Below, piece after piece: positions 13,121 through 27,616 of a stretch of 64,000 nucleotides of DNA (positions are counted from its first letter, which is position 1; every line of letters starts with the position of its first letter). The translations under genes and the position numbers were made by a program. The stretch is taken from the NCBI GenBank assembly GCA_964016885.1, contig OZ024740.1, forward strand, positions 192,882,001 through 192,946,000, in the 5' to 3' direction. Under the pieces are notes generated by a model. It saw nothing but the letters and a program-made list of their open reading frames with translations. It was not told where the DNA came from and made no database searches. Source of the DNA: Eledone cirrhosa (Eukaryota).

Positions 13121-14306
13121 GAGTAAAAATGACTGAAGTAGATATACAATTTTAGTGATTGATGTGAAAAGGTTTGCCTGAAATCATAATTTAGTTAATT
13201 CACTCTTGCCTCACTATTTTCTCCTAATATATATTGACAGCATTTTTATATTAAAAGTCTCTATACTGTCATCTATATATGCCAGAAGATTATGATAATC
13301 TTTTCATACTATGTTTGAAACTACACTTAATATCTTGTTGTTCGGGAAAAAACACTTTATTCAATGTTATGGGTTTTCTTTTTGTAATTCTATAATGACA
13401 TATTCGTAAAATATTTTCCTTTTATTATGAGATTGAAAGAAATATTACTGCCTTATTTGGTTGGTCATAAAAGTAGTAATGTAAGAATATACAAGTGATG
13501 GGCTACCATACAATATTATGGGTTTCGTTATTAAAATGCTACATTAACCACCGAATGGACATTTACAATTCCTAAATTTTAATCAACTTATAATATGTAA
13601 TCTATGAAATACAATTTCTACTGCTAAATTCTTCGTAGTCAAATTGCTTTATAAGGCATGTTATTCGCAGAAATATTTTATCTACAACAACCAAGTATGT
13701 TGATATTTATCGGCCAAAATCTTCAACACAAATCTTTTTTTTTTTTAAAACTACTCGTATCCATCATCACAATAATTCAGCAGGGAAATTTTATGAGCAA
13801 TTTATTTTCCCCATCAATATCCACAAAATTAGGTGAATTCGAGAAAAACAAATTGCTCACCTTTCTATATCAGACAAAATGTTTTAATATATATGATTCA
13901 ATGAGAGTTGACAGATAGCATGATGACATAACAAAAGCAAACTCATAAATATCAATGATCAACAAAGCAATGTTAAGACAAGGGATATATACATATATTA
14001 CAGGAATTTATCAATACATCAGTGGGCAGCAAGTAAAAAAGTAAAAATGGGAAAAACATACATAAAACAATACATAGATAATTCATATATTCAACCTTTT
14101 AGCATAAGTGTTTACTTTTACCCTATAAGATAATGCTTTCCTATTGCTGCTATGATAAGGAAATGCTAACAAATAGTCAAAAGAATTAAATCCATAACAT
14201 TCCGAAGGAAAAGAGCATCTAATCAGTCACTATTGAAGACATAACAAAAAGTATCATCAAGCTTGAATTCTATTTGGCATAACGTGACACTTTAAATATA
14301 TAAGGT

Positions 14307-14462
14307 AATATTGTTTCTACTTTTGACAAAAGGCCAGCAATTACCCCAGTGCATTATTGGTGCATTATTTTATCGACCCAGTAAGGTTGAAAGGCAAAGC
14401 TAACCTCGGCAGGAGTTGAAATCAGACCATAAAGAGCCATAACTCTATGCTGCAAATATATG
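14307..14462 (-). mobile_element. Meta-domain SINE, 5'-truncated
   Basis: Matches family consensus. Confidence 0.8.
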
Positions 14463-14867
14463 ACGTAATAATATTGTTATTTTGAGATATACATATGTAA
14501 CTCGATGATTGTGTGCTTGTCTGTAATTTAATACACCCAAAAGGGCATATAATAGGAAAATACTGTGGAAGGAAGTTGAAATGGGAAGACAAATGAAATA
14601 AGTTTCATGTAAATCGGAGCATGGGTTACGGAGATATGGGGTTTTTCCAGGTACCTTCATAAATTGAGAAAGAGAGAAAGATAGAGAAAAAGCAATAGTG
14701 GTCCATAGAGATTACATTAAATAAAGTGAGACAGGAACATGGAAGAGAAATAAAGCTGCTGGTGTTGTTGAGAGAAATTATAACATGTGATTTCAAAGTA
14801 TCAAATACAGCATTACTGTATCTAGATCGAATATGGTGACTGAATATAAAGTAATATGCATCATATC

Positions 14868-14928
14868 AAGGGTGATGCCCCAGCATGGTCTCAGCCAGGT
14901 GGCTGGAACAGGTAAAAGAGTAAAAGAG
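14868..14928 (+). mobile_element. 3' tail fragment of a second SINE/LINE family
   Basis: ccccagcatgg..ggctggaacaggtaaaagagtaaaagag; same tail at 8588-8616 (+) and 20461-20522 (-). Confidence 0.6.
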
Positions 14929-15909
14929 AATATATTTATATATATATATCCAAATTGACAAGATCCCAGATATCATTTTCTTACCAAATGAGGTGGAACT
15001 CATGAGATCCGACCAAAGAATCAATATAGCTAATAGCTAATACTATTTACAGTTTGCAGCTCCTGGCATCTTATAAATATATGCCTATATGTCAACAAAA
15101 TATAGTTACAAACTACAAACATTTTAAACTGTAAATAAATTTTCCATAAATCTTATATTAGATGATGTTCCAGATGTATTTTCTTAATATTAGTCAGCAG
15201 AATTAATAATGGATACATGAAGAAGCATGTTCAAAGTCAAATAAAAAAGACAGAAATTATGAATTAAATTTTACAAAAAAGAAAAAGTAAATAAACAAAT
15301 AAAATTAATTTGAAAATAAAACAAAGAAAGGACTACTGATTGTAGCTCAAGGTCAAGGAACAGAAGTATTTGATAAACAGTTTAAATATATTAAGCTGCA
15401 GTACACTGCATGAGATCAACTTAGAAGACATTTCTCTCTCTCATGTAGAGTATAATAAAAAAGAATATGTTATGTGTATGACTAATGATGACATATATAA
15501 ACAGCTACCCTCATATTAAATTCAAGCCAATAAAATCTAAGATCATAAATTTTCTATCCTTCATTTGCCTACTATTGATTATGAGATGGATGGTAGTATT
15601 CTATAAACAACTTGTAGTTTATTGTCTATTTGGGATAATGAAGAATTACAAATTTCTAACCTACAGCTAGTTAACCCTTTCTTTATAATATTTCTAATGA
15701 ATGACATTGCCTCATTCTTTCAAATTTAGAGGGAATTGGTAATATAATAAAGTTTCGTTTTATTAAGCTGGTGTTTGGAGCATAACAAATATTCTTACAT
15801 TAAATTGTGATGGCAGAGTTTCAGGTAAATATGATCACCTTAAAATAAGCAGTTTTGTATTGTAGAACCAGAGGCAGTTGCAGTTGCTTTGGTATCAAAA
15901 CTATTATCA

Positions 15910-16255
15910 TATCAAGACAGCTACATGAATCTGGTATGGTATGAACCTATAACTCCTGAGTGAGTGATAGGGGTGCCATAGTGGCTTATAGCATTTCTTA
16001 GGCATTTCAATCCTGGCAGAGCAAATCTTCTCTCCAGGTCTGAATACAGCAAATTTATTCCAGAGAAGGATAGACCATGAGAAAGAGATACAGAGGAAGA
16101 ATCGACCCCAATACTAGACTGGTAATTTTTTGATCAACCTTAGAAGGATGATAGTCAAAGTTGAGCTCAGTGGGATATAAACTCAGAAACTCAGAGAGCC
16201 GGAACAAATACTTCAAAGCATTCTATATGATGTTCTAATGACTTTCACAATTCAC
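15910..16255 (-). mobile_element. long-tailed Meta-domain SINE variant
   Basis: Shares head, Meta core, pyrimidine linker and tail with 20170-20425, 36880-37130, 43735-44070 and 54180-54505. Confidence 0.55.
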
Positions 16256-16483
16256 TTCCTTTCAATAAATTTATGAATTAACTATTTCTGATAGCAACAG
16301 CTAGAAATTTCAATTACCAAGCTATTTGAAAAGAGCTCAGAATTTTGAAAAGTTGATTAAAAGTACCTAGAATCTTGGAAGATAAACTAAAGAACATCGT
16401 AATTCCAATTCTTCTTGTTCATTAAATTCAGCAGATGTGTACCAATCAACAATTTAGTCCCATTTAGACACTCATGTAATTAT

Positions 16484-17350
16484 TTGTTGTTGTTGATGTT
16501 CTTTTTCTTTGGCCACTTATTCCTTAGAAGTTTGTCTGCAAGCATGCCTTCCAGTGGGTGTTGTCCTCCAATTGATGCAGCTGAATCCCCAAGCAAGAAC
16601 AGTTGAGTTCATGGATGTTATCCAACCATCTTGCTGGGGGGGGGGGGGGGGGGGGGTACTCCTTGGTTTTTAGCTGGTTGATTGTGCCTATAAAATCTGT
16701 TCAGTAATTCTTTCCTGAAACATAACCACATGTTTACAGTGTTGAAGCTGGGATTTCCTGATTTGAAAAAAGCAGTGGCTTTATTGGGAATGACTCTGAT
16801 TTCTAAGCTATGCACTCTATTGAGTAATGCTATTTTCAAGACCCTTTAGAGAAACGCCATTACAGCAGCTGTTTTCATGATCATATTCTTTCAGTCATTA
16901 CAGGAGATTCATGACCATAGGTAAGCATTGGCATGAATACCAAAATAAATATAGTAAGTTTGGCTTTTACACTCACCTCCTATCTTTACTTCTGATGATT
17001 GAGTACTGAAGCTGGCACATTACTGCACCAGCTCATACAATTCTTGCATTTAATTCAGCCTTCCATCACTTGTGAACACATCCCCAATATATTTGAACTA
17101 CTCCATGTGCTTCAGTAGGACTCCACTTACATGTAGAGTGCACTGTACAGGCTTCCTAGTAAAAATGAGTGTCTGTATTCACAGTTCTGATTTTCATTCC
17201 TGTCACGCTGCCCTCAATTCCAAACCTATCACGTGCACATCAGAAATAACCTTCTATCGAGTTAAGTATTACCATGTCGTCTGCAAATTCCAGTCCATTG
17301 ACCCTACACCACCCTGTCTTCACCAATTTCAACCCAGCTGCACATGTTAA
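16484..17350 (-). mobile_element. decayed RTE LINE 3' portion containing a G21 run
   Basis: RTE-like remnant (LYADD-like region near 17280, KYIGDVFTSDGR on the minus strand); homologous to 28690-29050 and 60803-61035. Confidence 0.7.
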
Positions 17351-17524
17351 TCCTGTCCTATTAGTTGTTGTTTTTAATTATAAAGTGTTCCATGTTGATT
17401 AGGAAATATGACTCCACTGACTGAATCAATTATTTAGCATGAAATCTGCAATAATAGAAAACATCATACATAGAATAATAAACATATTGAATAACAGAGA
17501 CTGTACCTTTTGTCAATAACTTAC

Positions 17525-17586
17525 TATTTCCCACAAGTGAAGAGTTTGTAGATTTATCTGGAATAGTGTGAATATGTGATTGGCTT
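17525..17586 (-). other. candidate 62-nt internal exon followed by a 79-nt intron
   Basis: Minus-strand acceptor acattttcag; donor GTAAGT at 17524; intron 17446-17524 ends ttttctattattgcag. Confidence 0.35.
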
Positions 17587-18549
17587 CTGAAAATGTATAC
17601 CTAATAACTCAATATAGAATAATTTAGTTCTTCAGTGGGAAAAAGTAGAGCTATTGTGAGAAAAAATACAGTGATGGCTTATCTTTCATCAGAAAAAAAT
17701 ATTAATCTTATGATAATTGAGGTAAACAGAGTTAAATTTTCATATCTAAGCTAAATAGCATGCTGTGTATATTCTGTTTTGAATAGGTACCCTGTATCCT
17801 TGCATATCATAAGTATTTCACACCAAGACCGACATTTAGCATAAAATATTCCTTCAAAAGAAAGCCACAATGAGTTTAAAACTTGTCATGGTGTCCACAT
17901 ATTCTGAAGAACAATATTTAGCAGGGAAGCAACTTTAATAGGGAAGAAAGCCTTCAAACGTCTGTGATAAATAGGAGAACACACTTGGTGAGTGGTGGAA
18001 TAGGAAACAACAGTCATATTTCAAAATGAAGGAGGAATACGTGTAATGCTTATGTTAAGAAGAGAGGGGAGATGAAAACAGACATGACAGCAAATTAGTT
18101 TAAGATGAAACTGAAGTGATGTCTGCAAGCTCTTAGCATCAAAATCTAACATGCAGATTATGAATAATATGAAATAATGAGATTCTAAAATATAGCAAAA
18201 CAGGAAGTGAAAATAGAAGAGGAGCATAATTAACTTTATAAACAATGTTTACTTGCAGAAAGGTTGAGAGAACAAGCTGATGTATGCAGGAAAAGCAATT
18301 GTGTTGGCATGGTCATGTGATGTGAATGAACATTGTGTGCTGTTAAGAAAAGAATTTGCCAAAAAAACTATTCCAGAATTTTCCTACATGTCATATTTGA
18401 ACTAAGATGGAGATGATTTTGCATCTTCAGCTGATTTTGCTTCCAGCTCCATGTTGTACACAAATATCGAAACTCCTCCCTCTTTCTCCTTCTCTGTCCT
18501 GTTTATCTCATTACTATCTACATAATGTTACACACTATAAACACTTTAC

Positions 18550-18965
18550 CATTTTGGAACAAGCTGCTAAAAATAGCAGTCACATCTTCCTCAAATCCGA
18601 ATCTATTTTCTCAAAAAAGGAGGGGAGACACATTGGAGATATATCATTGATAAGGAGAGTGTATAGTTATGGCAGGAATGTTTTTGATCATATGCCTACA
18701 TGATCAAGTCTGACCTGAGGCTAAGCAACAATAAAAACAACATTAAATTTCCTGTTTACGAGCAGAACATTGATGAAATCTCTACATGGTCAGTCCACTT
18801 GGTAGAAATAGCCACTAAATCTCTCTCAACTAAACATCAACCACCTTGTAATTGAAAAGGAAACATTATAGTCCAGGATATACAATCATATGAGATAGTC
18901 ATGACAGATTGTTGATTTGTTTAATGTAGGTGAACTGAGTTTAAACAAACAATAACAACAACCCC
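18550..18965 (+). repeat. two copies of an old unclassified interspersed repeat with (AAC)n-like end
   Basis: gaaatagc..aaatctc.ctcaa motif; reverse copies near 20990-21060, 29260-29410 and 30570-30620. Confidence 0.45.
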
Positions 18966-19734
18966 AACAATTTCTGCATTCATTTCAGTCCATTAAGATA
19001 TGTACTTTTTATTAGATCCGAAAAGAGCTCCAGACCTAGCTAGTTTTCATCAGGGACATAGGAAGAAGTTGATTTAACATATGAGATCATACAGAATCCA
19101 AAGGAGTGATAAATTACCATGATGCAGACATGTGATAGTGCATGAATTAAATGCTAGAGTAAGTAAATAGAATGTAGTATATTTGAAGGACAGTACCCTA
19201 TACAGTGATACCATTTCTTTCAAAACCAAATCTAAGAGTTTTTAAAGAAATTTATAATATTAATTTATTATATTATTCCAAAATCGTAATGCTGTTATTC
19301 AAGTAGGATGCTAATCAGTCTAGTTATCTATAAAACTGTGTAATGGAAAAAAAAAACTGGTTAGTTAAATAAATGATGATTTTATTGGGAAATAAATGCT
19401 TATTTTGCTTCTTAGGAATACATACCCCACTGCAGACTCATCAAATCCATATTAGGATAGGTGAAAACCCTAGATCAAAAGCAGCAGATGCTAATCACAC
19501 TAATGATTGAACAAGGTAAAATAACTAAGAAGAACTGAAATTGTTTTGGTAGGAGGAATGAAATATTAATAAGATGGACAAGTCTCTTTTGAAAGGATGA
19601 CATGTGATGTAGGAGAAGGAACAATTCAGAGAATATTGCAGTATATTTTTCTTCAAAGAAATAACTATCATTTATATTCTAGTGTCGTCAAACAACTCTC
19701 TAATCTTTTTTATTAACATTATCTGATGCAGCAA

Positions 19735-19927
19735 GGGCGGTGAATTGGCAGTATAGGTAGAGAGTCGGACACCATGCTTTGCAGCACAGTTACGTCCCTT
19801 TACGGAGGACTGAGTTCAAATCCCGCCGAGGTTAACTTTGCCTTTCATCCTTACGGGGTCGATAAAATAAAGTACCAGTAATACACTGGAATAATTGCTG
19901 GCCTTGTGCCAAAAGTAGAAACAATTA
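19735..19927 (+). mobile_element. Meta-domain SINE with 18-bp TSD
   Basis: attatctgatgcagcaag at 19718-19735 and 19924-19941. Confidence 0.9.
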
Positions 19928-21489
19928 TCTGATGCAGCAAGATGTGATTAAGAATATTATCAGTGGAGAGGGTAGATATGTGCTGTTGCTGTTGTTGTTT
20001 AACTCCAGATTGAAGGCTTTTCAGCTCTGACCATACAATGTATTTAGGAGAATTCCATCTAAAGTGTCCTGTCCATTTTGAAGACATTGAGGTATGATTT
20101 GTGGCAGATTTGATTTCAAATTATAGTTGGCCAATGAACCAAGTAGAACAAAGCTGGACACATTTGGTTTAGTACCAGAGGTGAGCTTTGATATTCCGAT
20201 AACTGCTGATGGAATTATAGAGGTGCTTTAGTGACATACAATGTTTCTTAAACATCTTAAGCCTGGTGGAGCTCCAAGTCTGAAGACAAGATATTTCTTC
20301 CAGAGAAGGATTGAAAGTATGAGAGAAGTGAGAAAGAGATATAGAGGAAGAATCCACCCCACTACTGGAGCGGTACTTTTTTTATCAACCTCGAAAGGAT
20401 GAAATGCAAAGTTGACCTCAGTGGGTGTCAGTGTTTCTATTTTGAGAAAAGTCATGTATACTCTTTTACGTTTTTACCTGTTCCAGCCGTCCGGCTGAGG
20501 CCATGCTGGGGCACTGCCCTTGTATCCTTCTTTAGATATTTAGAAGTCTGCAAATTAAGTTATTGATTCCATCTAAACAATTAAACCATTGTTATCATAT
20601 GTGCTTTTAGAAAATACATGTACAACCATTTGAATTTAAATGCAGGCAACATTTCCGTAACTCTGATATAGTATTTTCCTTGTTTGCTTGAGAATAATGA
20701 GTAGAGAAAAAAAGTAGTTATGTGTGAATATTTTATGATATTTAGTAATAAAGGTTCCTGAAATTAAGATTACTTTTTTATCCCTCAAGGATAACTGGTT
20801 AAGTATCAGCACTCTAGTGAGTTGAGTATATTTCACCCCAATAGATGTTACTATTGGGCCTGCCAAAAGGTATGATGTATTAAATAGAATAAGACACAGT
20901 CATTAAAGTAGAAAAAATGTGGTCAATCAAGTGGGCATTATATATTGTGATTTAGTGATGTTTGTCAATAAAGGGGATAATTTTGAAGATGGTAAGGTGT
21001 TATTTGAAGGAAATTTGGTTGATATTTCGAACAGGCTAAGTGATCATGTAGAAATTTCATTGAAATAATTGATATTGTTTTTGTTGTTGCTTGTCATTTC
21101 TCATCCAGCAGAAATTTGAGTAAAAGCATTTCAGCATTAACTTCCTATTATTTTATTGATATCTAGGAAAACATTATCTGATTTATTCTTCCCTTAGTGA
21201 TCAATAAAATATGTACCAGAACTATATACTGGGTTGATATACTTAACTAAAACCCTTTAAATGTGAGCCATGGGAGGGCTGCCATCCAAAGACTGAAAGT
21301 TTTTTCAATTCTAAATTATTAATGACTTAAACAGCTATACAAATTCAAACATCATGTTTTCACAGATCAATTGTTGAAAAAGAAGAAATATATTTTGCTG
21401 TAAATTGATTAAGTTGAACATTTAATATACTTAAGAATCTATTTAGTGATGCTTCTTCAAGCAAAATTTCCTGGAACACTATAAACTGT

Positions 21490-21795
21490 CATCATTATCA
21501 TCATCATTTAATATCCATTTTCCTCACTAGCATTGACAAGACGTGCTGTCCCATTGTTAGACAACCAGGTTAGAGAACTGTGTTTTGTTCACACAGGATG
21601 ATTTTTGCTTGGTTTCTACAGCTGGATGTCCTTTCTTATGCCAACTTCTTTTACAGTGTGTACTGGGTACTTTTTGTCATGACATCTACATGACCACTTT
21701 ACAGTGTGGGCTGGGTGATTTTTATTATGACTCCTACGTGGTCACTTTACAGTGTGGACTGGGCATTTATTGTCATGGTTCCACAATGACCACAT
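21490..21795 (-). mobile_element. RTE-tail element with tandem ~46-bp units
   Basis: (CAT)n tail on the + strand; three cactttacagtgtg..ctggg units. Confidence 0.7.
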
Positions 21796-24700
21796 TATGG
21801 TATGAATTGGGGAACTGCTGGGGAAGATACTTGGGAAATTGAGGAGGTAGATATAGGATATGGAGCTTTAGTAATCATAAGGTTAAATTTCACTTTAGTT
21901 ATTTAGCAACTGAAATTGCAAAGTAAATTTCCACCTTAGCTGTACTGGATGCACAATTTATGGTTGCTTGCTCTTCTGAATGCAAACTGGATTTATTCTA
22001 AATTAAATCTATACTAAAAGTTGAATCAACACCACAGGTTTTCTTTTAATTTTTTCAATTTGCATCAATTTCTACTTCTAGAAGTAATTGTTTTATGAAG
22101 AATATCAGAAACATAGTTGCTGAATAATAATTTTGGTATTATTTACATTAATTGCTAAGATGTATAAAGAATTTTAAAAAGGGTAGATAGAATTGGAGAG
22201 AAAATAAGTATTAAGTATTGAAATATCATGGCAGCAAATGCTTTACAGTATTTCCTCCTTCCCTCTGAAGTTTCTTTTAAATATCTGCTGATGCCAACTT
22301 GCCTTTTACCTTTTTTGAGATTGATAAATAAAATATTAGTCCAGGGAGTGTGGTGGGATGGAATTTTTAGAGCATTAGATTAAATACAGTATTTGATCCA
22401 GTTCTTCACATTCTGAATGCAAATTCTACATCTTCTGTAAATGTAGTTATTAATAGTAACCTACTTCATTTAATATATTGTCTAAGCACTGGAATGACTG
22501 CATGAAAATGGTATCATACTGTTGTGAGAGACTCTGAAATAGAGTATGCTAAAATGGATTGAAAATGTTAAAATGTTACAGGCCAGGCTGAATAGAGGTT
22601 GTGATTTGGTAAAAGAGAAAGTAAAACATGTGCACTCAATTTAGAAGTTAAATAGATAAAATGAGTATTTATTAGTCACATATACAGTATTAGGATTACA
22701 GATTTTACAGTAATATTCATTTGAGAATTTTAAATGAAATTCATTATTTGTGTTTCAAGATCATGAATGGAAGCTGTATTGGTGGAGAAGGAAGCTATTG
22801 AAATGAACAGATATCTATTATCTTAATGGAGATAGAAATGAATCCCAATTAATACTGTTGTAATTTAAAATGAATTTAGATAGCTAAAAACATGACTGAA
22901 ATAACAATAAAATGCTTCTCCTTCAAGATGCATTGTAATAGTGTATAAGTTTTATGCGAAATACATCTTGAAAATTGTTTACATGTGTAAACTAAATTAG
23001 CTATAAGAGAACTATAGAAAGACTAATGTCTTAACTGCTGACTTCTACGTTTTACAGATAACATTGGAATTGATAATTTGGCACTTAACCATTCTTCATT
23101 TCATTTAGGAATTAAATAAATGTCCCCGACTAATTATATTTGTTCTTGGCTGAATCTCTTGAGATTCTGTATTAAGTATCTAATTAAGTTTACTAACAAA
23201 AGTCAAGATATATATTTAAGATATTCAGCTCTGTTAAGAGAGCTAATTATTCTTCAAGTAAGTTTTTCTAATGAGTTGTCAACTATATTAGTTGAAGACA
23301 CCATTTTAAAGATAAAGAATTTCTACAAGAATAAAATAAGATAGAATATATGAAAATATTTTATATTTTATAGTTGGGGAAAACATATATTGAATTTTGA
23401 AACACTAAAGAGGATCTTCAGTCCATGTTAAATACCTGAGAACCTCTCTAGTGGTGGTTCAAATTATCAGTTGCTGGTATGGAGACAATGTAGGGTTGAG
23501 AGTATAAATCTGGTGGCCACAAAAATGCACCTAATACACTTTGTAAACTGATAGTTCTGGTGTCTCAATGAACTAACCTTGTATAATCTGTAAAGTGTAA
23601 AGTGGTTGGCATTAAAAAGAGCATTCAACTAAAGAAATCTTGCCATAATATGGAATTTGTGAGCAAAAGGAGATTTCCTAACCAGTCTAATGTTCTATTG
23701 TGACAATCCATCCAAACCAAGCAACCACAAAAAACAGATGTAAAATGATGATGATAGAGTTTTAAATAATTAGTTTTATTGAATAGTCAGGATGTAGGTA
23801 GAGATTAAGCTAGAATGTGTCCTGTACACTCTTTGAATATTTAATGTGAGTGTGACAATAAAATACTTTTAGTATAGTCAGTGAAGTGGATGACATTTAG
23901 AAGAACTTCCATGCACAGAAGCCAAGCAAAAATATACAACATATGAGCAAGACCTGGGTATCTGATCTGTCCAACACATGACAACATAGGAAATGGGTGT
24001 AAAATGATGATGATAGTGATGACATATTTATTGCCATAAACATAAAGGCAAGGGGTAGAAGGCACCCTCCAGTTTAAACAAAACAGTGGGAAAAATGTGC
24101 AGAAAAAGCAAAAGGAAGAATAAGACAACAATAGACCTTAGATGAATTAAGACATCACTAGGAAGGTCAATAACTCAAATGCACCCAAGCAATATGTTAA
24201 TACTAACTATTGCACTAAGGTTTACCAATATGTCTGTTAGCAAAAATGTTGATAAAATGATTGGTAGTTTTGGAGCTAACGAAAGCAGAGAACTATTTAT
24301 TATAAGTTACATGTGTAATTTGTCGAAATTGTGTATCTATAAATGATATAAAAACTTTTTATTAAAAATTACTATTTGTACTTTTATCTGCGTAAAAGGT
24401 TGGGCAAATTACCCTCCCCTAATAAACAAGTAGCACTATACATCCTGGCTTATTCATAAGTAAAAACTACTGAGATAAAACTTAATTATAGGAGTAAGAA
24501 AATCAGCAAACCTAGTTTTCATTTTCCTTTGTTGCCAATTACCTTCACATACACATGCAGGGAGGGAAAGTTGACTATATAGACCCAGTATTTGAATGGA
24601 TTTATTTTATTATTTTATTGACCCCAGAAGGATAAAAGTTGACCTTGGTGGCATCTGAACTCAGAACATAAAGGGCCATATGTAAATATTAACAAACCAT

Positions 24701-25062
24701 CTTGTTCGACACTAACAATTCTGCCAATTACTTTGATATCTTATTAATTGTTATTCAAACGGAAAATTTGCCCTGATGAACATCAAGTCAGTATATGCAA
24801 CACATCGGAGTGTAATTGCTGTTCCCAGTAAGTATGCCTTCTGGAGTGTTCCAAAAAGGGTTCTTTAACCAGTCTTGGAAGCTCTTCAAGAGAGGTACCT
24901 AGTGTTCTCATGACAATAGGGATGACCTTGATCTTATAACAATTTGAAATCCTTTTCAGTTCCTACTTTAAATCCTGGTACCAGTTAATATTCTCCTTCT
25001 CCTTTTCTTGCACTATTTTGTCAAAAAAAAACATTTATAATCAAGCAAGATCTTTTTTCCTT

Positions 25063-25250
25063 GGTGGATTGGCAGTGTTGGTAGAGGGTTGGACACCATG
25101 CTTTGCAGCAAAGAGTTACGGCCCTTTATGGTCTGAGTTCAAATCCCGCCGAGATTAACTTTGCCTTTCATCCATTTGGGGTCGATAAAATAAAGTACCA
25201 GTAATACACTGGGATAATTGCTGGCCTTGTGCCAAAAGTGGAAACAATTA
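25063..25250 (+). mobile_element. Meta-domain SINE, young
   Basis: Full consensus with (ATT)n tail. Confidence 0.88.
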
Positions 25251-25280
25251 TTATTATTATTATTATATTTATTATGGCAA

Positions 25281-25499
25281 TAGATTGGCAGTATCAGTAG
25301 AGCTTTGGACAGCATGCTTTGCAGCATACAGTTGTGGCGCTTTATGTTCTGAGTTCAAATCCTGCTAAGCCTAGCTTTCCCTTTCATCATTACAGGGTCC
25401 ATAATTAAAGTACCAGTAAAGCAATGAGTTAGATTTAATCAACTTTCCTCTCCACTAAAACTGTTGGCCTTGTGTCTAAATCAGAAATCATTATTATTA
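25281..25499 (+). mobile_element. Meta-domain SINE, older long-linker form
   Basis: Retains the gatttaatc..ttcctctcc linker absent from young copies. Confidence 0.75.
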
Positions 25500-25819
25500 T
25501 GAAATAATTTCATTTGACTATCAATTCTAATAGCATTCAATCAGCTTGTTACATAGACTATGAAACAAACTGGTTATTTGGAAAGATGAAAGACATTGTT
25601 TTCTGTTGAAATCTGAATTATAACTGAGGGGAAATAAAAATTGTTAAATTAAAAATTGAAATAAAACAACAATGCATTACAATTAACAATTTTTTAGAGG
25701 AGGAGGCACAGATATGAAATGAAGGAAAACTATGTCAATCAGGAAATGCATTGATATTTTGAAACAATCATTCTCATTATTGACAAAATACACCAAGTCC
25801 AACCTATAGAGTGTTCAGC

Positions 25820-26165
25820 TTGGTGACACAACAAAAGCCCTCAGTCCATACTGTAAAGTAGTTATTTTGATACCATAACAAAAAGCATCCAGTTCATACT
25901 GTAAAGGGGGTATGTAGATGTCACAACACAAATCACTAGGTCCACACTGTAAAGTGGTCGTGTAGGAATCATGAAAAGAAGCATCCAACACACACTGTAA
26001 ATGTGGTTGGTGTTATGAAGGGCATCTAGCCATAGAAACCTAGCCAGAGACAGTTCTATATGACCAAGAAATGGTCACCTGACCCGACTTGATTCTAATG
26101 GGACAAACTATCTAATCCATGCTAGCATGTAAAATGGATGTTAAATGATGATGATGATGATGATC
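25820..26165 (+). mobile_element. RTE-tail element with tandem units and (GAT)n tail
   Basis: Four cactgtaaa-like units, then ccatgctagcatg..gatgttaaatgatgatgat. Confidence 0.75.
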
Positions 26166-26624
26166 TTTATATATATATATATATATATACACACAAATGA
26201 ATTCATATCATCATACAAAATATTGACTCGCTGCACCATAACCACTCAATGCAAATTAGGCATGAAAATCACAAAAACTGTTTGTACTCATAATAAATAA
26301 TATTATTTTTAAAATTTTGCTATTAAATTATTTAGAACCAAGCAGAACATTAAAAAAATATTGCTTACATTACATTAACCATACACTTTATTACACATTG
26401 CTCCAGTTTCCTCAGCTGAAGAAATGTCCTGCGATGTCACTGGTACCAAGCTCTGTCATCCATTGCCTTTCCCTTGCACTATATCGGTAGCATGGAGAGG
26501 GGAGACTGGTATGCAAGGGCAATGGCTGGGCCTCGACAAACAACCTTGTTCAGACTTGTCCCTAGGTGGGGAACGTTCTAGGTGTATTTAATCCCATGCC
26601 ATTTGTGATTAAAGGGGAATCATT

Positions 26625-26798
26625 TCGGTAGAGGATCGGATGCCATGCTATGCAGCAAATAGTTATGGCACTTTATGGTCTGAGTTCAAATCCTGCCGAG
26701 GTTAACTTTGCCTTTCATCCTTACGGGGTCGATAAAAGAAAGTACCAGTAATACACTGGAATAATTGCTGGCCTTGTGCCAAAACGTAGAAACAATTA
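26625..26798 (+). mobile_element. Meta-domain SINE
   Basis: Matches consensus; head slightly truncated. Confidence 0.85.
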
Positions 26799-27585
26799 TA
26801 TAGTTACACACACACATACACTCACAGATATATATATATGCATATGTATATATATATATCATGCTGTCAATAGACATAATAATATTAAATAAGCCTATAA
26901 TGACCATTCATTATGCTGCCTGGCTAACTGGCTTGGAGTACTTGTATCTGTCTTTTAAATTTTACATATCTCTCCAAAACATCTGGCTAAGGCATAGTTG
27001 TATCTAAATATTTCTCCTTCTTATTAAAGTTGAGAGCTTCCCCATTGATGAATTACTATGTATGTAGGAACAATCATGTTTGTCTTTCCACCCTATTTCA
27101 CTAGTGAATGGAACAAACAATTATATAAGTTTAACTAGTCTTATGTATTGTCCTGTTAATGCAGGTAAACACATTACAATTGATGATCTTCAGTTGACAA
27201 TTTTGTGATGATTTACTCAGTCATTTATAATTATTCTAAATGAAGAGAATTACCAAGCATTTTATTGTGTTACACATATTTTGCCACAACCTGATTATTC
27301 GTTTAAGATCAGATTTATGTTTGAGTTCTTTTATAGATAGATATTTCTTCTATTCACAATAGTAACATTTTGTATATAGTGAAACCTGTGAGTTAACTAT
27401 GTACGACCAGCAAATATCATTTAAGTATATGTATGAAGCAGCTATTTTATTTTTTGTGTATATGTATATCATCATAATCATCATCATCATCATTTTACGT
27501 CCGCTCTTCCCTGCTTGCAAGGGTCGGACGGGTCTTATTCAGCACAGTATATCTCCACTTTTCACGGTCCTTCACATCTCCACCG

Positions 27586-27616
<31 letters not shown>

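Noticed and set aside
19417-19515. exon-like segment with acceptor and AAG|GTAAAA donor (similar case at 46770-46891)
   Set aside because: Stops in all three frames and no supporting neighbours; cannot be distinguished from chance
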